A stretch of 32,000 nt of DNA. Source: Corynebacterium glutamicum ATCC 13032. GTDB lineage: Bacteria > Actinomycetota > Actinomycetes > Mycobacteriales > Mycobacteriaceae. Location of the stretch: the NCBI RefSeq assembly GCF_000011325.1, contig NC_003450.3, positions 1,260,001 through 1,292,000 on the forward strand. The letters run 5' to 3'. Both the position numbers and the translations under genes were made by a program. The notes beneath the pieces are model-generated. The model did not search any database, had not been told where the DNA came from, and saw nothing but the letters and a program-made list of their open reading frames with translations. This document shows positions 27,278 through 32,000 of the stretch, piece after piece (within the stretch, counting starts at the first letter, position 1; every line of letters begins with the position of its first letter).

Positions 27278-29473
27278 CTACTTCTGCAGTGAGTAGAACT
27301 GAGCACTCATCGCTGGGACATGCAGTGAGAGTGAGTAGGCGAAATTATCGCGTGGTGTCGCTGCTGCTTGAACGGAAGTAGCGATATCGTTTTCTGCACC
27401 GAGGAATTCAGCATCATCAGTGTTGAGAACGAGCTTCCATTCGCCACCCGCTGCAACACCGAGCTGGTACTCAGGCTGGGAGGTTCCAGACAGGTTGAAT
27501 ACACACAGCATCTGGGAGCCGTCGCTGCCGAAACGAGTGAACGCCAAAATGTTGTTGGTGGCGTCGTCGCCCTTATTCCATGTGAAGCCTTCTCCGGTGA
27601 AATCCTGAGTGTGCAGCGCAGGGGAGTCTGAGTAGACACCGTTGAGGGAGCGGGTCAGAGTGCGGATGGCTTCGTGGTACTCGCCTTGCCAGCCGTCGAC
27701 AATATCCCATGGCAGTCCCTGGCCTTCAGCCCACTCTTCACGCTGACCAAACTCCTGACCCATGAAAAGCAGCTTCTTGCCTGGGTGTGACCACATGTAC
27801 GCAAGGAAGGTGCGAAGACCAGCGGCCTTGTTCCACGTATCGCCAGGCATACGGTCCCACAGGGAACCCTTGCCGTGGACGACTTCATCGTGAGAGATCG
27901 GAAGTACAAAACGCTCAGAGAATGCGTACACCAAGGAGAAAGTGAGCTCACTGTGGTGGAATGCGCGGTGCACAGGGTTTTTGGAGAAGTACTCTAAGGT
28001 GTCGTGCATCCAGCCCATGTTCCACTTGAGGGAGAATCCCAAGCCGCCGTCCCACGTTGGTGCGGTCACGCCAGGCCATGAAGTTGATTCCTCAGCGATG
28101 GTGAGCGCACCAGGGTGCAGTCGCAGCACCGTGGCGTTCATTTCCTGCAGGAACTGCACTGCCTCGAGGTTCTCGCGACCACCGTAGATGTTTGGTTCCC
28201 ATTCGCCGTGCTCACGGGAGTAATCGAGGTACAGCATGGAGGCCACGGCGTCGACGCGCAGACCATCGATGTGGAATTCTTCAATCCAGTACAACGCATT
28301 AGCGACGAGGAAGTTGCGGACTTCGTTGCGACCGAAGTCAAAGACCAGGGTGCCCCAATCCTTTTGTTCGCCGCGCCTCCAGTCAGGGTGTTCATAGAGG
28401 GCTTCGCCATCAAAGCGGGCAAGAGCCCAATCATCCTTAGGGAAGTGGGCAGGAACCCAGTCCATGATCACGCCAATACCGCGGGCGTGGAAAGCGTCGA
28501 CTAGCGCACGGAACTGATCTGGAGTACCCCAACGAGAGGTCGGTGCGTAGTAGCCGGTGACCTGGTAACCCCAGGAACCACCGAAGGGGTGCTCTGCGAC
28601 AGGGAGGAATTCCACGTGGGTGTAGCCAAGATCTGCGACGTAATCAACCAGCTCAGTAGCCAAATCCTCATAGTTCTTACCCCAGCGCCAAGAACCGAGG
28701 TGGACCTCGTAGACACTCATTGGCTTGGATGCGAGATCAGTTTGGGAACGCTCGCGCAGCCACTCGGAATCCTGCCACTGGTACTCAGAGGAAGCGACAA
28801 TAGATCCGGTTGCCGGCGCCAGTTCTGCGCGACGAGCCATCGGATCGGCCTTATCACGACGTTGGCCTTCCCTGGTTTGGACGGCGAATTTGTACACTTC
28901 GCCTTCCTCTATGCCTGGGATGAACAGCTCCCACAGACCCGAACCACCCATAGAACGCATCGGATGCTGGGATGCATTCCAACCGTTGAAGCCACCGACC
29001 ACTGCGCAGCCAATTGCGTTTGGAGCCCACACAGTAAATGCGGTGCCACGAACTGTTCCGAGCGCAGTTTGGTAGGTCTTGATGTTGGCACCGAGAATCT
29101 CCCACAAACGCTCATGGCGTCCCTCAGAGAAGAGGTAAATATCCATCTCGCCTACGGTGGGGAGGAAGTAGTATGGATCAGCCTTGACCTGCGGTTCTTG
29201 ATCAGGCCAGGTGACTTCCAAGCGATAGTCAGCGCGCTCGCGGTGACCTAAGTCAATTGCGAAAATGTCGTCGCCGATAGGGGTCATGACGTGGGAGGTG
29301 TCGTCGATAAGCAAATTAACCTGCGTCGCGCCGACCTGGCGCGTGCGGATAACCGAACCAGCTTCGGTCTCATGCCAACCATAAAATCCATGAGGATCGT
29401 GATGGTTGCAGTGGCGCAGGCGGGCCAGATCTGCTTCAGGGATGGTGATGTGGCTCGCGGGGTCAACGGTCAT
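27278..29473 (-). CDS. glgB: 1,4-alpha-glucan branching enzyme
   Basis: Tracked ORF 27278..29686 (802 aa) has an implausible Cys/Arg/Ser-rich leader that overlaps glgE. ATG 29473 (MTVDPASHITIPEADL...), preceded by aaggatt, gives 731 aa. GH13 motifs: GIGVIMDWVPAHF, GLRVDAVASMLY, LTIAEESTSWPG and PISHDEVVHGK. Confidence 0.93.
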   Translation of the reverse strand: MTVDPASHITIPEADLARLRHCNHHDPHGFYGWHETEAGSVIRTRQVGATQVNLLIDDTSHVMTPIGDDIFAIDLGHRERADYRLEVTWPDQEPQVKADPYYFLPTVGEMDIYLFSEGRHERLWEILGANIKTYQTALGTVRGTAFTVWAPNAIGCAVVGGFNGWNASQHPMRSMGGSGLWELFIPGIEEGEVYKFAVQTREGQRRDKADPMARRAELAPATGSIVASSEYQWQDSEWLRERSQTDLASKPMSVYEVHLGSWRWGKNYEDLATELVDYVADLGYTHVEFLPVAEHPFGGSWGYQVTGYYAPTSRWGTPDQFRALVDAFHARGIGVIMDWVPAHFPKDDWALARFDGEALYEHPDWRRGEQKDWGTLVFDFGRNEVRNFLVANALYWIEEFHIDGLRVDAVASMLYLDYSREHGEWEPNIYGGRENLEAVQFLQEMNATVLRLHPGALTIAEESTSWPGVTAPTWDGGLGFSLKWNMGWMHDTLEYFSKNPVHRAFHHSELTFSLVYAFSERFVLPISHDEVVHGKGSLWDRMPGDTWNKAAGLRTFLAYMWSHPGKKLLFMGQEFGQREEWAEGQGLPWDIVDGWQGEYHEAIRTLTRSLNGVYSDSPALHTQDFTGEGFTWNKGDDATNNILAFTRFGSDGSQMLCVFNLSGTSQPEYQLGVAAGGEWKLVLNTDDAEFLGAENDIATSVQAAATPRDNFAYSLSLHVPAMSAQFYSLQK

Positions 29474-29510
29474 GATGATAATCCTTGATAGAAGGTACAG
29501 AGATGGGAAA

Positions 29511-31538
29511 TTACGCGCGGTAGGTCTTGATTTCGCGCCACGCGAGACGCTCACGGCGAGACGCTGGAAGTTCAGGAAGAACAAAGATGTGGGCGACATC
29601 GCGTAGGGGCTCGAGGCGGACAAAGTTCGTCTCTGACCACAGGTAACGGGAGCCGGTGATCGCATCGCGCACCTCAAACTGTGCACCCGCTTCTAAGCCA
29701 AGCGCTCCAAGATCAAGGCGAACAGTAGCCTCACGAGCACTACGTGGATCCAAGTTGACCACAATCAACACGGTATTTCCGGTCAAAGCATCAACCTTGG
29801 AGTAGGCGATGATCTGATCATTGTCCGCTTCGTGGAAGTGGATGTTGCGTAGTTGCTGCAAGGCAGGGTTCGCGCGACGGATCTGGTTGAGCAGAGCGAT
29901 GTAATCCTCGAGAGAATCGCCACGTTCCAGAGCACCCTCGAAATCGCGGGGACGCAGCTCGTACTTCTCAGAATCCAAGTACTCTTCCGAACCAGGCTTG
30001 ACGGCCTCGTGCTCAAAGAGCTCATATCCGGAATATACGCCCCACACAGGAGACATCGTGGCGGCCAATGCGGCGCGGATAGCGAACATGGCGCGTCCAC
30101 CATGCTGCAGAGACGCATGCAAAATGTCGGGAGTGTTCACAAACAGGTTCGGACGAGAAATATCCGCCATGCGGGCGATCTCAGTAGCGAACTCGGTGAG
30201 CTCCTCCTTGGTGACCTTCCACGTGAAGTAGGTGTAAGACTGGGAGAAACCAATCTTGGCCAAGCCATACAGACGTGCCGGGCGAGTAAACGCCTCCGCT
30301 AGGAAAATGACCTCAGGGTTTGATTTATGGATGGCAGAAATAAGCCACTGCCAGAAATTAGCGGGCTTAGTGTGCGGGTTATCCACGCGGAATGTGGTCA
30401 CACCCAAATCCACCCAGAACTTCACCACACGATAGACCTCTTCGTAGATCTTCGGAGCATCATTATCAAAGTTGATGGGATAAATATCCTGGTACTTCTT
30501 CGGTGGGTTTTCTGCATACGCAATGGTGCCATCAGCCAACACCGTGAAAAACTCGCGGTGTTCCTGCGCCCATGGATGATCAGGGGCAGCCTGCAGAGCT
30601 AGATCGAGTGCAACTTCCAAATTGAGTTCCCGTGCGCGAGCCAACAACGCCTGGAAATCTTCAATGGTGCCCAACCGCGGATGCGTTGCATCATGCCCAC
30701 CATCTTTAGAACCAATAGCCCACGGCGAACCCACATCATGAGGTTCCGGGGTCAGCGTATTATTGCGGCCCTTGCGGTTGACCTCGCCAATCGGATGGAT
30801 CGGCGGGAAGTAAACAGTATCGAAGCCCATCTTCGCGACACGCTCCAACGCCTGAGCAGTGGTAGCGAAAGTGCCATGAACGGGGGTGCCGGACTCATCC
30901 CAACCACCTGTGGAACGAGGGAAAAGCTCATACCAAGAGTTGACCAAAGCGGCACGACGCTCGACACGAACCTGCAGGTTTTCACCCATCGTGACCAACT
31001 CACGCAACGGGTTAAGTTCTAAAAGATGAGTGACACTCGCGGTGAGCGCTGGGGCGAGACGTGCGCGTACATCGCCGCCGCGCCGCAGAGAGGAGGCGAC
31101 GTCGAAAAGCGCAGTCCTATCCTCTTTAGACAAATTCTCCGCAGCACGCTCAAACAGCTGAGCCCCGTGCTCAAAGTCGTTATACAACTCATCCGAACCC
31201 TGACCGGCCTCAATCTTAGTGGTAATCGCATGACGCCACGTAGCCATAGGATCCGACCACGCATCTACACGAAATGTCCAATTACCAGGGACATCAGGAA
31301 CGAAAAATGCATTCGACTGATCCTGATTATCAGGAGTGGGGCGCATATGAATCTGAATAGGCTCAGCCGCCACTGAAGAATCCTCCGGACCGGACACATT
31401 CAACGTCGCGGCAATTGCATCATGGCCTTCACGCCACACAATAGCCGAGACAGGAACAATCTCACCCACTACTGCTTTCGCTGGATTTCCATCCAAAATG
31501 CGGGGACGAACATCATCGATACCGAGACGGCCAGTCAC
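29511..31538 (-). CDS. glgE: Alpha-1,4-glucan:maltose-1-phosphate maltosyltransferase
   Basis: Tracked ORF 29511..31619. GTG 31538 ([17 protein letters not shown]...), preceded by gaggag + 6 nt, gives 675 aa. Motifs: [26 protein letters not shown] and [10 protein letters not shown]. Confidence 0.92.
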   Translation of the reverse strand: MTGRLGIDDVRPRILDGNPAKAVVGEIVPVSAIVWREGHDAIAATLNVSGPEDSSVAAEPIQIHMRPTPDNQDQSNAFFVPDVPGNWTFRVDAWSDPMATWRHAITTKIEAGQGSDELYNDFEHGAQLFERAAENLSKEDRTALFDVASSLRRGGDVRARLAPALTASVTHLLELNPLRELVTMGENLQVRVERRAALVNSWYELFPRSTGGWDESGTPVHGTFATTAQALERVAKMGFDTVYFPPIHPIGEVNRKGRNNTLTPEPHDVGSPWAIGSKDGGHDATHPRLGTIEDFQALLARARELNLEVALDLALQAAPDHPWAQEHREFFTVLADGTIAYAENPPKKYQDIYPINFDNDAPKIYEEVYRVVKFWVDLGVTTFRVDNPHTKPANFWQWLISAIHKSNPEVIFLAEAFTRPARLYGLAKIGFSQSYTYFTWKVTKEELTEFATEIARMADISRPNLFVNTPDILHASLQHGGRAMFAIRAALAATMSPVWGVYSGYELFEHEAVKPGSEEYLDSEKYELRPRDFEGALERGDSLEDYIALLNQIRRANPALQQLRNIHFHEADNDQIIAYSKVDALTGNTVLIVVNLDPRSAREATVRLDLGALGLEAGAQFEVRDAITGSRYLWSETNFVRLEPLRDVAHIFVLPELPASRRERLAWREIKTYRA

Positions 31539-31698
31539 AGTTTTCTCCTCAACATGCAGTGTGAAGTGCGAACAAACGCACACAAGCTTAAAAGTTCGAT
31601 CAAGCAGACACATCGGCAATTAGCCGGGGGTATGTCTCCATTATGAAAGCTTAACGGAGCTGTGTCACTTCCACACGGAACCGGAGAAATCAGTCAAG

Positions 31699-32000
31699 AT
31701 GGGAGATGTGACTAACTCTATAAATAACTCTGCAGCTGCATCTTTTCCCTCTGATGAAGAAGAATCCAATGAAGACCTCCTCATCGATTTCCAAGGAGTC
31801 TTCTTTAAGAGGGATGGTCGAAACCTCGTCGGCCCCGTCGACTGGCAAGTAGAACTAGATGAACGCTGGGTAATTATCGGACCAAACGGAGCCGGCAAAA
31901 CCACACTCATCCGCATGGCATCCGCCGAAGAATTCCCCTCCGGAGGAATGGCACGCCTCATGGGAGAACGCATCGGCAAAACTGACATGCGCGACCTCCG
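31699..32000 (+). CDS. ABC transporter ATP-binding protein, 5' part only (runs off the right edge)
   Basis: Not in the track because no stop lies in the window. My translation from ATG 31699 reads MGDVTNSINNSAAASFPSDEEESNEDLLIDFQGVFFKRDGRNLVGPVDWQVELDERWVIIGPNGAGKTTLIRMASAEEFPSGG..., with Walker A GPNGAGKTT. The tracked antisense ORF 31665..31988 (-) is its shadow. The start codon is uncertain. Confidence 0.75.
   Translation, partial: MGDVTNSINNSAAASFPSDEEESNEDLLIDFQGVFFKRDGRNLVGPVDWQVELDERWVIIGPNGAGKTTLIRMASAEEFPSGGMARLMGERIGKTDMRDL

Noticed and set aside
27278-29686. N-terminal extensions in the ORF track: glgB 802 aa, glgE 702 aa, atpB 322 aa, tsaC 280 aa, ssuB 260 aa, atpA 558 aa, ykoF-like 117 aa, moaA 402 aa.
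   Set aside because: The extensions overlap upstream genes or have atypical composition. Internal starts with SD-like sequences give products whose N-termini match the expected family patterns; see the individual features.
31665-31988. 107-aa minus-strand ORF at the right edge.
   Set aside because: It is the antisense shadow of the plus-strand ABC ATPase, whose Walker A motif GPNGAGKTT is read on the + strand.

Overview
This window looks like a core chromosomal segment of a Corynebacterium glutamicum-type actinobacterium. That call rests on my memory of the gene order and protein sequences; no search was run. Left to right the genes are: moeA (partial, -), moaA (-), an acyl-CoA synthetase (-), then the conserved block rho-prfA-prmC-tsaC-wecA, an AtpI-like membrane protein and atpBEFHAGDC. 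These are followed by a DUF2550-like membrane protein, nucS, a small Zn-ribbon protein, a VOC/methylmalonyl-CoA epimerase-like gene (-), a YkoF/MTH1187-like protein and a cysteine-free thioredoxin-fold/TPR protein. The window ends with the sulfonate operon ssuD-C-B-A, glgB and glgE (-), and the 5' end of an ABC ATPase. Several tracked ORFs carry spurious N-terminal extensions, and I give corrected starts for them. I recognised no rRNA, tRNA, CRISPR, IS, transposase, integrase, phage or defence genes, and I see no convincing new multi-gene system; the region is mostly housekeeping. The least explained sequence is a ~285-bp array between moaA and moeA (1385..1668): eight copies of a ~20-nt core in strictly alternating orientation, forming two nested ~130-bp palindromes. 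Other items worth a second look:
- the ~320-aa N/D/R-rich low-complexity insertion in Rho, with perfect in-frame tandem repeats
- a ~640-bp non-coding gap with a strong hairpin upstream of atpB
- an apparent internal duplication in the ATP synthase delta subunit
- a small Zn-ribbon ORF 4 nt downstream of nucS
- TAGAC-N6-GTCTA (McbR-type) boxes upstream of ssuD
- a duplicated perfect palindrome CGAATATTCG in the ssuA/glgB convergent spacer
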